A stretch of DNA of 52,221 bases, filler included, from Sphacelaria rigidula (GCA_964200075.2; 3 parts of 3 records of this genome joined end to end with filler, not necessarily neighbours in it); one strand, 5' to 3'; positions 1-15,000 are shown, numbered from the whole stretch's first letter. Numbers and translations: made by a program. The notes: generated from the letters alone by a model not told the origin.

Positions 1-99
1 GATACCCCGGCGTGCGCCGCCCCGGCCTTACAGAGATGCGATGCCAATAGTTCTGCGACTCCGGCGTGCAAGATCACGAGTACCCCCCCCCCCCCCCCC
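1..99 (+). mobile_element. 3' end of a non-LTR retroelement (subfamily II) followed by a C17 run
   Basis: GATGCGATGCCAATAGTTCTGCGACTCCGGCGTGCAAGATCACGAGTAC followed by C-run 83-99; similar to 18412-18460 (+) and 50869-51110 (-). Confidence 0.5.
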
Positions 100-2249
100 A
101 TCTTGTGAAACTTTTGCCGTCTGTGTCACCCACCAATACCACAAGTTGTAGCCAACCACACCTTGGTATCTGTCATCGTTCCTCTTGCAAGGAACCGAGA
201 TTAAGGGGCAGTTCAACAAATTACAAGGGTGCCACCGTCTACTTGTAGGGATGGAAGACTAGGAGCATCACCAGGCAAAACAATAACTCCTACTAGTACT
301 TTGTTTGGACTGCGCTCGTCATGATCAATCATATAGTCACAATGTCGAGTGCCCCACAGCCTCCTGTACCCTACTTACAAACCTGAACACCTTTATTATT
401 CAACTAATCAGGCGGTGGCGTCCCACTCACACGCTACACTTGTTGAGGCGACTAACAGAGTTCATCAGCGACCATCCCAGTTGGAAGGTCGTGCCCAACA
501 CACTAAACAGGTGACGAAAAACATCACAAATCGGTCCTGAGCCCGACTCACCATGTACACATAGCCAAAACATGACAAAACAAATCTATCCGCAGATAAC
601 CGCCATTTGAACGACTCCATCATTCAATCAAGCCAAGCATTCGTGCGTCACTTCCATCCGCATCTTTCGTGACGGCATACAATTTTCAACACCGATCCAG
701 CCAGCAATTACCAGGACGGCAAAACGTGTGGTAGTGCCAAGTTCGTTACTGCCATGAACATGGTCTTGATGACACCGAGAAGAGATGACCTACATATTCT
801 GGCGTAACATAGTTCCATGTTTTACAGCACACGTGAGGCTATGTTGGACATCTTTCCATCATATGCCATCCTACAGTTCATCGTCTGGATTTTCGCGTTG
901 GCTCAGAAGATAAATATGTGCACAGCATCGGACAGATTGGAATATCTCAAATATTCTCTGGGGACACTTCGTCGCGCCGAGATAGGAATGGTTAGGGAGT
1001 GGTTCTTCCAACCCCAAGTATTGTTTTTACTCAAATGTTGTATACTACAGACAGTCCATACTACAGAGAGTCCCTTGCTGTTGTGATCCCGTTTTCGACA
1101 GTCTCGTCCTAATGTTGCATCATGAAGAGCGTATGATGGGGCCACAAAAATTAGTCCCAAATGCATTGAAACAGACTGGTCAACAGCCACCTGGAGATAC
1201 GCCTGCCGCCACTGTCACGTCCCCCTTCCTACAAATGTCGCGTACCTGATTTGAATCCACCCACAAAATCAAACCCATCACCGCGCGGATCACCGAGGGG
1301 CTACAGGCACGTTGACCTCATTCATGAACCCCGAACCACCAGACCACCATTTGACATGGAACTCATGTTTGGGACGTGTGCCCACTTGATGAATCTTGAG
1401 CACTCCCTCCCCGCATGTGAGGTAAACAGCGCCCGCTCTGTGCATATTCGTGTCGCCGATGAGTGGCGACGGTGCGTTTGCGCAACCTCCCCTCCACAGG
1501 TCCCATGGATTCCTCGTGAGATAGTCCCACTTCCCCGAGCGGGCGAACCTGGGCTCTCACCTGTTTGGTGTCGGGATGCTCCTTATCTCGTACCCGTGGC
1601 GGGGTGCGACCCGCCACCTGCCTCATCTCCCCCGCCTGCAGCAACCCCCGGCCCTGCAGGTGGTGGTGCGTCTTGCGTACTCGGGACACGGCTACCTTTG
1701 ACTTTAACTATACTTCCGTTCCCGTCCGCGTAGCTTTCATTTCCATTTTGCTGAGGAATCACAAAATACCTGTTAAAGATTTCGAGTATTTCGTAGTCAG
1801 TGATCTGGTGGATCCGTTCGATGGATTCTACTTAGACAGGCGAGAGAAGGCACGCCCGACAGCCAATCAGGCTTGGATAGAAAGACATCACTGTTACTTA
1901 GTTCGCGGAATAGAAGAAGTGAACATGTAGGGCACAGCCGCACGCTCAGACATTAAGACTTTATCTACGTCAATCCCCGACACGCCAACTGGGGCAGTAA
2001 ATCCCGCCGCGTGTGAAGGCCATGACATGTTACACACTTGCCTCACTACATTTCCACGGATCAAGCACCGTGGACCCTACCGATTACCCCGTTCGCAGGA
2101 ACAGCGTACGGCGCGGGATGTTGAGGTAGATAATGTGCCGTGATTGTTTGTCACAGCAGGATACTGTAACGAAGTAAGTCGGCGACGTAGCTTGCAGTAT
2201 AACTAGGGTGGTAAGACTAGCGCGTCAGCAGCAGTCCAATCAGATGATA

Positions 2250-5200
2250 GAAGCTGTTTTGACTAACGTGTCACCAGTGACGTATAATTGTTTCTTCTTA
2301 TTCGAAGAAATATCGCAGCTTGGGTTCGACGATCTCGATTCCCTGTTGCTGTCACCCTCCCAGCTCTCCTCCACTTCTCTGCATTGCGAAGAGATTCTGT
2401 GTGATATTTTGTCTTGGCCAAACGAGCGCCCGCAAATGCCATCTGACTTTTGTCTTTATCTGCACAACGCAAGTGAGGCAGGCTCATGACGTCATTGAAC
2501 GCGTTCAAAATCTTTTCGGCTTCCTTTCCCGCCAAACCGTTTCAGAGACTAGTCCTTGCGTAGAAATCTCCGCGACGACTTCTGCTTCATACGTCTGGTG
2601 CACGACATCCGGTGAGAGCGCATTGGTGTGAAGTCATCGCCGCCGTAGCTCGTAAAGCGTGTTGTCATCGCGACCGCTACAAGATACGCGAAAGTGGGGT
2701 TGTTGTTGCTGGAGTTGCGCTCCCTAAAGGAGCGCGCTGCGATGCCTACACGTGTCGCCGCTGGCGTCACTCGGTGGCGTGAGTATCGAGGGTGTTGAGT
2801 AGTGTTTGTCGAGGATGGTGGAGCAGTGGTGATTTGACTGGTGTCTCCGCGAGTTCGCCAACCCCGTCCTGTGGGGTGTCAAGAGTTTCCCCAGCGGTTC
2901 ACTGCCCTCCAGGATTCCCGCTGGCAGCTATACGGGACGTGGCATCGTCGTGCAGCATTTTCCGCCTGGCGATGGCGCTGGATATCTCCAGGCCACCTGT
3001 GGATTTCTCGAGACCCCGCTGGCAGTGGTATGATCGGCAGGCACGGACCGGTTGAGCTAGAACAGAGGTGTGATCGCGAAGGTCGTCCAGGAAATTGTCG
3101 TCAGAGGCATAGTCGTGCCTTACTGTCGCCAGGTTCCTCGTCGCTGGGTGAAAGCGGGTGTACCAGAGGCTGTGGCTCCCCTTGCAGCGTAAGGTGGGAC
3201 GGCGTCCCGATGAAGACGGCGTTACGGCTCTCCGTGATGTGTCGGGTGGGCGGGGTTTAAACGCGGTAGCTCTTGCGGTCGTTGCTGCACCCAACCAATC
3301 GTCCGTCCACTGACTTGAGAGCGAGTATTTGGGTGCGTCGCTTGATATGTACGGAAGCCCTCGCCCCCGCTTCGAAAAAAAAAAACGTAAATCTGGTTCC
3401 GTCGCCGCCAGCACCTTGCGGGGAGTTCGCATGTTAAGCGCGGAACACCGTGTTCTATTTGCGAAACCCGCTGCCGTGAACCATCTGTTCCTCCTAGAGA
3501 ATGGTTAGCAGATTGCTTTCAGTAAGGATGCACAGGATCATGGCTGCGAGCGACCTCCCGATGAGTTTGGACAGGCTGATGCGCTGTGGCGTGTTGGTGC
3601 AGGTATACTCCAGCAATACTCCCATCTGGTGGCAGTACTCCTTGAAGTCGTTGGCTATGAACTCCCCCCTCCATTGGCCCTCAGTCGCTCGACCTGAACG
3701 CTGCTCGGAATGACCCATCGACTGTACTAACGACTGGGATGCGTGGAATGCGCCGCTCTTGGTTGTCAGGAGGTAACTCTCCGCACACTTGTTGGTTTCA
3801 TCGGAGATCTTGCAAACATACTAGGAGCCCCCGAACACTTCTGGCGTAAAGGGTCGCACCAAAACCTGTGATGATCACCTGAAATGCCCTTTGGGCCTTA
3901 CGGTCGGCCGTTTTCGGGTGGGCCATTGGTAACTTTTCCTGACGGCGCAAATACCATAATTCGACACGGTATCACCGAACTTCACTCCGTTGTCATCATC
4001 TAAGTTGTTCACGGGGCTCAAACTCTTGCGGATGAGATTCCCCATTCTCCGATGCCATGAAGTGGGGCATAGTGTGGCGGTAACTGCAGCTTGCATTTCA
4101 AATCCAGGTGCACAACTACCACTGATGGGTTTTGACGGTGTGATATTCCGCAAAACAGCAAATTCTTGACAATCAAAGAGTTTTTACCTCAACTCGGGTA
4201 TGATGGTACCGTTGAGGTAGTGTCTCGACGCCCCACTGCTTTCATCAAGCTGAGATAACTCATCCTCACTGTAGATGATGCCGCCACAAGTTCATGCTGA
4301 CTATCGTTCTTCGATGTTACTCGGTAATACAACGAACCACCGATCGCCAGCCAAACATATTGTATGGCTGCCACTGTCGCCAATGTACGGGTTGGCTGGA
4401 TAGCGCCCCGCTGATTGCCAGCAGCATGCTGTTGGTTCTGCCCCGAAGCTCCAGTCTCTCTTGTGGCCCTGCTTCCGCTCTGAAAGCCGACTTCCAGCCT
4501 TCCTACCGTTTATCCCCCCGGAGGCTCCGAACAGCTCGCTGCTGTCGAGCAAAGCAACTGTGGTTCGTTCGTGGGAGCGAACGGCCAGTGATTATCAGCT
4601 CTCGTAGGACTGTTCTTGTTCAACGATTCCACGGCGTTGGAGGACATCGCCGGAGGCAGCTCCCGTGTACCGAGGACCGCCGGGTATGTTGACCGATGAC
4701 GGGCGAGGTTTGAGCTCGCGTCCTCACTGCTGTGTCTCTCAGGGACGCGGCATTCCTCTTCGCCGTGGTAGCTCGACACATGACGTCAGTAGCACTATAG
4801 TTGCCGCGTTCCTCATTCGCCCCGTCGCCTCGCATGTGAGCCAGTTGGGCGGCTTCCCAAGCGGCGCAGTCTCTCTTTATACGGCCCCGCTCCTCGCAGA
4901 AGAAGCATTTCGTGCCACTCTTCCTACTACCGTCACTACCTTGCTTGTCCGCATAGCACCGCCACGGCCTGCGATCAAGTTTGCGGCGTTCGGACGGAAA
5001 AGATAGTCGACGCACACGGTGCTGACTATGGGCCAAATGTCGGCCAAATTCAAATCGGCAGGAAGGCCTGTGAGAGGAGTATCTCCGAAGCACTCCTCAG
5101 GTACTGGCTGGCCCATTTCCCCTATACGATCGCGGCAGCTGTTCATAATGTAGAAGAAATCGTCTGGATCACCTACGGACTGTATCGGGGTAGTGTGCCA

Positions 5201-5826
5201 TAGTTCGAGGCACTCCCTGCTTGCCTACTTGGTGCTACTGTTATATTTTGCTTTCTTTGCTGCCCGCGTCGCTTCTTCGTTGCCGACGCCATCGTCTTAA
5301 GGCTTGTCCACATGTCGTTTGACGCTATGTGCGGATAGCTCTGGGCTAAAACCAGAATACTGAACAGGTTGTGATCAGCACAGCTCATGCCGTCGGAGCT
5401 ACAGCATTGCGGAGCGGCGTATCGTTGCCGATTAGGGTGGCTGGTGGTCTCGCCTACCCGTATAGGATATCGGCGGCCGCCTTCTGATAACGTGAAAGTA
5501 TAACGCGGGGTTTGTACCTTTACTCCCTCAAAATCGCTTTGTCTTTGCCGTTGAATCGTGGACAGAGCTTTAGCACCGTTGGGTGTCCTGACCGTTTTCC
5601 GCCATGGCAATCCTGTACGACTTAGAGCAAAGAGGAACGGGGAAAAGTGAATGGCTCTAAAGTCAGGATTACTGTGCCCCACCGCAGTAGCAGCTAGCTC
5701 CGACGTGACTCAGCTTCCAGGTCGCGAAGGGAGCAACGAGGCAAGAATGAAAAGCATTCATGCTTGCCACGTAATGTCTCACCGCAGTTCTACTCTCCGC
5801 CGCTTGACGTTGCAGAGCGTCCACAA
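2250..5826 (-). mobile_element. Decayed, 3'-truncated Ty1/Copia LTR retrotransposon (gag zinc knuckle, GAG-pre-integrase, integrase core, start of RT)
   Basis: Minus-strand fragments in Copia order: KCFFCEERGRIKRDC (ORF 4620-5093), WHRRMGNL...CAVRKS (3875-4153), GEFIANDFKEYCHQMGVLLEYTCTNTPQ (3494-3718), AFNDVMSLPH (2263-2535). Many frameshifts and stops. Possible degenerate PBS near 5672-5683 and short 5' LTR to about 5826 (weak). Confidence 0.85.
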
Positions 5827-6093
5827 TGTGATGATATCAAACGTGGTATAAATGCTCCTCTACGGCCACGGCTTTGTACTTCACCAGTGGACGCGCACAA
5901 ATGAAGTCCCACCAAGTGAGGAATCGTGCACCACATTTCGCGGCGCAATAGTAGCAGTGCTCGACGCGCCAAGACGTAGAGCCACCCCCCTAAAACCAAC
6001 CGTGCATCCTTCTTCATTTAGGTCGCGACGCACTACTGTAGGGCAGGACTAGCACAACCATGGGCCGTCCCTCTAAATATTTACGTATCTTAC

Positions 6094-9000
6094 CTCGTTC
6101 CAGGTTATGATGTACTGATGAGTGCTGATCGCGCACAGTTGTTGTGCCGTCCCCGAGAATGTTGGCGCACCCTTCTTCGGTCTAGCCGCACCGTGACGAA
6201 GTGTCAGACTCGCACAGAGTTGGTGCCGCCCCTAGGTTTGACTCACCTCACGTTGTTGCCAAGGGGAGATATCCCCCGTTGATCATAGCTGTTACTGTTC
6301 CAAGCTCCGAGGGTGCTCCCAGGAAGACTCCGGGATGCGCCGTGCGATAAGGCAAGGCTTACTGACCTGTTGGAACACGTCCTCAGACGCTTTCAGTGTG
6401 GTCGCAAAGACTAGCGCCGGTGGCGGGTAAGCCAGTCGAGAAAACACTGCGTGAGGAGTTGAGGAGTAAGGGCAGAAGATTGTGTGAGAGGTGTCGCATT
6501 CGGGCAAGAAAGTACGAAATACCTCACTGTGCTGTACAGTCTGGAGAAGAGTAGAGAGGAACATCACGCCAACGTCAGACTGAGATGTCGGTGACAGTTA
6601 CGCTTCGATCTAAGACGCATCTCGCATTTCGCCGGTCTCACACCCGACTTGTCTGCTTTTTAAAGATGCTCTGATTGTAGTTGTCCCCTGAACTTACGCA
6701 GTACACCAACGTACGAAGCGTCGACTTAATAAGCTGCAAAATATTTTTCCTAACATGAAGGGAAGGTGGAGACCGACGTCCATAACATATGGGAGGGCAA
6801 CACACATACCCATGGTGCTAGTGTGTCCATAGGGTAGTATCTTTGAGCTCAATCGAGTGATATAAACCGTGCTGGTGTATGTAATCCAAGTTAATCCACC
6901 CGCTAAATCATCGCAGAGCAGTTGGGGAAAATGAGCCATCAGAATGTGTGTTCGCGTCCAGGAATCAGCTACATTGGCAACGAGGATGTGCATATACCCC
7001 CGTTGCTCCTGAGTTGGATTGCCTTGGCCGTGAAAAAATGAACTGAACACGGATAGCTGTGAAGGAACCGAGTATACCATGATTGGTTTAATCGCAAAAG
7101 GCTGGGTGGATTACAGTTGCCGGGTGACCTACGAAAATGATTTATGATCCGATTGCAATTTTGACTGCGTCCCCTCCTCGTCGTTTGTGTATTCCTAAAC
7201 ACAAATGCTGAACAGCCACTGATAACGGACACATCATCAGCGCGGATCGAGCCACTCGGGAACGTATCGACATCATCGATAGACTTTTGCATTGAAGAGG
7301 TTGATGCCTGTGCTGCGGATAGTGTGTGTTCCCCGTGCTTGCTCCACGTACTCGGCGATTACGACTGTGTGCTGCCGGACGAGGCTACTTGTGCTGACGC
7401 AGAGGTAAGCCAGGTTTATCATAATGCTATTCGACGGTGTGAAGGGGGGAGGTATGATTTCTCACGGTAAAGCGTAGAAGACAATATCGCGTCCCTTCCT
7501 CCCTCCCAAACTTCACCCTCGCTTCGCAGAGAAAAAATGCTGGATATTCGTGTAATGCGTGGGAGGACCGCATGCTTAGAGGACCGCGCCGTAGTTCAAA
7601 ATACCTCAGGAACGACGTTTTCCAAAACCAATGGGGTCAGTCCCTGCAAGTACCACGCCCCTGACCCGAACCCCAACACTAACCATAGGGGTGTTCAAAT
7701 TCCGATGCGGTCCTTTAAGCACGCTGTCCCCTCACGCATTACAATTCGAACCATAGCGGCAGTGTTCGGTAGAGTGCCAGGCTTGAAGATTGAGCTATGG
7801 ATTTCAAGGTGGATCAATCACTTACAGATTCGTCTGTAGTTAGACTCGGCATCCCCGGTATTCTGACAGTGCATAAGTTCGTATTTATTACAGGATCCAC
7901 GGCAAGTATGTGTTCAATCAGCATCTACGGAAGGTGTTTCTCCCTGACGCGCCCTATCGATTTTTGCATACAGCTGGAGACAAAAGCTGCCGAAACCATC
8001 TGATCTATACCATGATCATCACAGAGATGCATCGAGTGGCGTGAGATTCGCACTGTGAGCTGAGATCAGCTTTCGAGAGCCAATCGATCAAGGGACGACC
8101 TACGTCGACAAAACCGATACACATATTTTCTATTTTCGGCGACAGAGTCCCCATCCTTTCGAAGCTTGGGAACTTACTTGCTCTCTCATGACTGCCCAGC
8201 TTTTTTCGATGCTCAAACGTGTTGCTTTTTCTGCCCGATGGCATTCATTTCCATCTCCATATTTTTTCTCGAAGGTATAAACAATATTCTAGCCCACTAT
8301 CATCATCATTAAAAGCAAATGGGAGGAATTAGAAGGGCGCGAGAGTTATTAGTAAGGGACCCGACCCGTACAAGATAGAGCCCGCCAGATTTACTGGGCT
8401 CACTCACCGGATCAAGGAAGAACAGTGCATTTTCTCCGGAATATATATGCTTGTGGTCTCTCTGCCGTCAGGTGGTACCCTATGTGAAAGCGTGAAAGTG
8501 TGGGTTCTTCAATACAATGAGCTAGATATATCAGGGAAATCAGCTTCGGGTGCGCACTTCCCAGGCGAAAATGTTACAAAAGAGTGTACGATAGGAGAAG
8601 CGTGTTTCGAGCCAATACTTGCACGTGGTCACTTCCTGGTGAATGATCTTACACTTCCTGGTGAATGATCTTAGTATCAAGAACACAATTTGACACCACC
8701 CGGCAACAGATGAAGCCACATGAAAACATAAAATGAGCGTGTGAAATCGTGTGCACTACGACTGAGATGTACTTTGCTTCGTGCGATCAGTCCCGCCCTT
8801 TCGTGTAGGGTCACTGTCATCGCCTGCAGTCGTGCCCATCCCGGATGGTTGGAGTTCCTTTTCACGCATTTCGAGCCCTAACAAATACATGTTACGCTTT
8901 TCCCGGATGTTCTGTGGCAGAAAGATGAGGAAAGCCGTACTCACCCACCCACGTCGTTCGCTCTCTTGCCAATACCTCAGGAGTATATCTGCTGCATTGT

Positions 9001-12000
9001 GCCGAAATACTGCATTTCCGAGGAGAAATATTACGCGTATATCGAATGCCTTTATGGAGAGTCCTGCCCGAGCATGGTGTTCGATTGCAGCTTTGCGATC
9101 AGATGTCCGGATTCGGTCTTCGATTGTGATGGGGCGGTGGGAGTATTGATGATGGCTGTTATTCCTAAAGTAGGATATGCCGTCGGTGCTCTCAGCGTCC
9201 TGATCGCAGCAGCTGGACACGTGCTACTGTAGTCGACAGTCGGGTGTGATGAGCAGCAGCAGGAAGCGGGGGAGGTCAGCTGGGTGCAATGCCCTTCATG
9301 TTGGTGCTACTGGAGATTATGAGAACATGTATTTGCTCAGTCGGGACAAAAGTACGAGCCGCTCCCGCTTTGTTTTGTGTGCATGGTAGTGAGGACGCCT
9401 CGAAGTCGCCGGAAGGCAAGGTGATACTCGTACGACTAGTCGATCGCAGTTAGTGTGCGTCGTGCTGACAGCAAAGGCTTCAGTCATAGCACAAGATATA
9501 ATATAGTACAACCAAACGATTGATGTTTGTGGTGCATAGTGTTTACCACCTCGCTGCGCGGACGAGCTCCTCCGCGGTTTCGCGAGCGACCGTTGCTCTC
9601 GTGTCACATACTGTTTCCTCTACGGGGCCAACAAAAATGACGCTGTGAATATCAACAATTTTCATATCGCAATAGATATGATGCTTCGTCAACTTAAACG
9701 ACTTCCATTGAAGTTCGAAAACTTGTCGAAATAATGGCTCCTTATCCCGGCTGGCTTGTCTTTGGTAGTAAGGAGTGCGCCTAGGCAGCATCATTAGCAG
9801 GTCGCGTAGAGTATACTGCTCAGTATTTTCGAAGAGTCATACTTTTAGTTCTCAATTTTCGAGTCGAGTATTCAAGGTTGTACCCAATCTACCCAAAATT
9901 TGATTAGAGTATTTGAGGCCGTACTCGACCAACTCGAAATTTGACCGGAGTGTTTGAGGCCGCACTTGACCTACTCAAAATTTGAGTAGAGTATTTAGGT
10001 CATACTCGACACCGTGTACACATTTCCGTTGGTTCTGTATAGGGGTGCTGCCTCTACAACGCGGACCGCCAGAGCCTTTTTTGAGGCCAGGCCTATCACT
10101 CCTGATCCCGCCGCACCTTTTCCTGTACCTTCCTCTAGCGACTGTTCCGATGTTCTTGCGTCTTGCACTGTTTCCCCCGCTGACTCTCTCATGGAGTCGC
10201 TCTGTGCTGAAAGTGATATCGAAGGCGTTGTGAGGTATCGAGTATGTACTGCCGTGGGTGGGGGCTGGTAAGTTGGGGCGCTGGGGCAGGTAGGTTCACT
10301 GTTCATTCACCAGCATGTTTTGTAAAATAGTGTTATGGTCATCATTTACTCATACTCCTTGTAGCCTGTAACGTAACGCCACCCATCTAAATACTGGCAA
10401 TCGTTCGCCCATATATTCACCATAGTCTGTGAAGTGACGTCACGCAGTCTCCGACGGGCACGGATACTCACCATACCTAAGTGAAACTCTGCATCCAAGT
10501 ATTACTGCGAGTGTTCGCTCAATATTTGAGTAGAGTATATATTTGAGTAGAGTATTGGAGGTCGTGCTCGGTCTACTCAACATTTGAGTAGAGTATGTGA
10601 GGCTGTACTCGACCTACTCAAACCATTTTGAGTAAAGTATTGAGGTCATACTCAAGTAATAGTCTTTACTCCATTATTACTGATAGTGCTTACTCAATAT
10701 TTGAGTAGAGTATATGAGGTCGTACTCGACCTACTCAAATTTTGAGCAGATTATTTGAGGCTGCACTCGACCTTCTCAAACTTTCAGTAGAGTAAATACT
10801 CGAGTATTTTACTCGAGTACTCAAAAAGTACATACTCTACTCAACCTACCCTTGCAACATTCAGAATACCGCCGTGCTGACCAAAAACATAGAATATGAC
10901 TTATTTCCTGAAAGGACAAACTGAAAGTGATGCGCAAACCATGACAAACTCGTTGTCAAACGTTCGGCCAGAATGCACCAACGCCGCTAATGACACCGCG
11001 CGGCAGATTTTGGACAGCCTTGCTAAATACCCGGACGTCGAATTCCACTTGAATATACTCGGCACACAGGCAGCATCTAACACTGAGGGCACATTGTTGT
11101 GGTGGCATAAAAGCACGGTTAAAAGGTGTAAGCTTGCACTAGTACGCACGTGACGAAGTGTCTGCATCAAGAGCAAAATAGAGCAAAGCTGCACACCAAA
11201 AGTGTGGTATATGTATGCTGAAGTGTGGTATATGTGTGAGGCCCAGAGAGTTTGGATTTTACTAACAAGAGTCACTTGCGATGAAACCGCCGGTGGTCAC
11301 CATGCTATTACCAAGATGTTGCCCTAATTAGGTGAACGTGTCAGCCGCATATTCTACATCCAAGACCTCGGTCCGGAGCTTGTGTGATGCCTTTACTCAG
11401 GCAGCACATAATGAGATAGCGCCACTTGATCTGTATCTTAGCTTCGCAGCTAAGATCCATAGGGCACGATCGGTGAGTGCCTCAAGTTTCATCGTGACAC
11501 ACCGTCGGTGCAAACGAACAAGCCACGGGGCCCATCCGCGGTCGTGAAGGCTATGATTTTGACATTCCGAGTTCAACACCCCCCCCCAAAAAAAACAAAA
11601 AACAAAGAAGAATGATCACACGGGTTGTATCCACCGTCTTGGCATGTTGAACATGAATGGCGATGCGCCTTAAGACACATAATAACGTCCAAACATCGAA
11701 GACTCACTCCCGCCCCTAGTTTCTCCCCACCCGAAATCGCTCTACCCCCTTGCCAAACACGATGGGGGTACTATCTACGGTTTTGGCCACTTTCATATGC
11801 ATTTCCGCATGAACGGTGATGCCTCTGAACACGAGGGAGGCATCGCGAAAACATACTTATCGTACCCTACTGCTCGATGAGACGTTTACCTTTCTATCCC
11901 TTTACCCGAGGACAAAACCAACGTATCCCCTTCGCGAACAGTTCTGGTGTGAAGGGGGTGTTATCTATCCGGCGCTTGATCCATTTGTGGCCAGGCAACA

Positions 12001-15000
12001 ATGAAACTGCGCATGTGACCGGTACCGATCGGAAGCCTACAGCCCATCATAAGCAGTGATATCTTCCACTCCTCTTCCGAGCACTACGAAACCCTGGAAA
12101 AGGTATCGTTAAATACCCTGGACACGGGGGAGACATTCTTCAAACGTACTCATCCCCATGCTATTGCTTGATGACCCCGCTTGCTCCCCGGCCCTGATCG
12201 CCGCGGACAAAGTCAACTCATCCTCTCCCCAAACCATCTTCGCGGAAATGGGTGGGGTGTCGCGGCCAGACAACAAAGAATCTGAGCACGTGATCGGTAC
12301 CAATAGAAGCCTATAACGTACCTCAATCAGTGATTCCTCCGACTCTTTTTGTCGGGGCTATCAAACTCCCGAGGAAGGTATCACTTCATCCCCTCCCCAT
12401 GTACGCTCAAGGGTCAATGTACCGCTAGGGCCTGTTACGTACAGATGGCGATGCTCTCGACGCGCGGGAGACATCGCAAGGACGTACTCACCGTACCCTA
12501 GTGCTTGATGATCTCTCCTCCTCACGGCCCTCCTCCCCGCGCGCACGCAATACATTCCCTCCTCAAATCTCTCAGCGGGAACGGGGTGTCATCCGACGCA
12601 TGAGCCATTTTGCGGCGGCGCAACGATGAATCTGAGCACGTTGTAATGCGTGAGAGGACCGCGTGCTTAGAGGACCGCATCAGAATTTGAACAGTCCTAT
12701 AGTTAGGGTTAGGGTTAGGGTTAGTGTTGGGGTTAGGGTCAGGGGTGTGGTACCTGCAAGGACTGACCCGATTGGTTTTGGAAAACGTCGATCCTGAGGT
12801 ATTTTGAACTACGGCGTGGTCCTCTAAGCACGCGGTCCTCTCACGCATTACAACGTGACCGGTACCAATAGAAATCATACAGTCTACTCTAACAGGTGAT
12901 ACTTTTCATTCTTCACGGGACAACAACGAACACCCCAGGAAAATATCGCTTCATCCCCTCCCTGAATAAGTCCATGGATAACCTCTGCAATATACGGATA
13001 ATGATGCCCCCAAACACGTGGGAGGCATGATTGGGACACTCTATTTTTTGCCCTACGACCCTTCCCTCCCCCTCTTCATACCATGAAGATGTAATCAATG
13101 CACCCCCTCCACGAAATTGCCCAGGTAGCGATTTACATTCAGCACTATCAGCATTTGCAGTGTCAACTTCCCGTGCTGATAAGGTGGCATATATCGTCTC
13201 ACTACTAATTTTGACGGAGGCCAGCAACTCACGTGAAACGTTTTCAGCCTTTGGCCGACGACGGGGGTGTCGGTGTTGCGGTGGGAAGAATGCACGGGTC
13301 GGGCGAATTAATGATTCGTCTGAAAATTTCTCGATTTTAGTGTGATTGGTTCGTACCGTACGCATCAATCCTTGGGCTTTGTTTTCAGCGTTGCAACCCA
13401 GGTACGCGCAGCCCAGGCACCCTGAACGGCGCAGAAGTTGCGTGGGAACCATTCTGACCATTGGTCGTTTTTTTTCCTTTCGAGCAACCAGGCCTGAGCA
13501 ATCGTGGATTCGGTAATTCGAACCGGCGATGATTCGTTCGAACCGTGGAAGAATGGGCAAATCGAGCGTTGTGAGCTGCGGCGTCAAGATGCCCTTTATG
13601 GATATTTCGCTTCGAACGGTAGGGCCCTTCTGCTCCAAGCAAGCATGATATTCTGACGAATACTTGCTCATTTCTCGACACATACCTTGGTCCATCCATG
13701 CTTCCATGTATCGAACGAATTGTGTGGAGCTTTTCCGCCGATACGTTTCGACCACTTTGGACCCTAACAAAGATATGCATAGCGGACTCTTTTGGAAGAG
13801 TGGCACTTGGTTTTGGCACTGTACACAGTACATATTAAACAGGCATAAACACGTCAACAAGAACCACAACAAGCCTGACTACAACGTGCGACTGCGACAC
13901 GTTACACCATACACAGTCGCCCCGAACGAACACGCACAAACGCCCACAGCACAAGCACATCACGTCTAGCGCTAGCTCTTGATAATCACAAGGAGATATT
14001 GGGAGAGGGGCGGCCGTGTGTGCGACATAGACGTAGCTAGCGGCGGATTCGCTAGCCGATTGCGGGTATGAAATACGGCGCTTGTCGTACAGAAGTGACC
14101 GTGCCACATAGTGTGAGCCATGTTTCAATTGATGCGATTATCCCGTCCGTTGTTCCCACATACAAGTAGTTCTCTCTGCTTCCTTTGCTCGACAATCACT
14201 AGACTGCAAGTCACCATGACGCTTGCAAATGTTACAACAAAGCACGACCTGCTGCGTTTCACATTTATTTGGGAGTCATTAGGATTGCATGAGCGCGTTC
14301 CGTACTGATCTAACCTACTAAGGTGCCGTTACAAGTGTTACTCCTGCTGAGCGATACCGTACGTATTGTACTGTAGAATTCCGCGACCATCAGTTGCATG
14401 CAGGAGTGAAGCCCACTTCCTGCACCCAGGAGCATTGCCGTCTCGCTCCGGAGCCATGACCCGTCGTATGGGAATAATTACCTGGATGAATAGAACCTAC
14501 TCCAAATCACTCTAACGTCGTAAGGTCATGCACAACTCCATACAATAGCGACAGCTACTTGACTTCAGACTGCAAAGATTTAACTACTTGAATTAGGAAC
14601 AGCTACATTGACACTTTCTACGATAGCCCCCCCCATAAAAGTGCATGGTTTTTGGGAGGCAAAATCTTCCCGTAAATCAAAATGGGAAAAGCCGAGCACA
14701 ACGAGCAGCTGGGAATTCTCATGACTGGGTTCGTTCTAGCCAGTATTGCCAATATGAGGCGCTTCATGCAGCCTGAACCCAAGCATCAGGCGCTGTATGC
14801 TCATTTTTTTCGTGACCCTTTTGGCTGGTTTTAGGGGGGGGCTATCGTGGAAAGTGTCCATTGGGCACCTGACTTTAGCGTTGCCACTCGATCATTTGGA
14901 TTAATTATACCCAATCATAACTACTTAAAGTTTGTTCAGTCTCTATCCCAAATTTTTAGGCAGTCTAGACGAATATCATACTCGATAAGGTGGGACATAC

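Noticed and set aside
9860-10800. Regular ~41-bp palindromic units resembling a CRISPR array
   Set aside because: Units are contiguous with no unique spacers, there are no cas genes, and the context is eukaryotic
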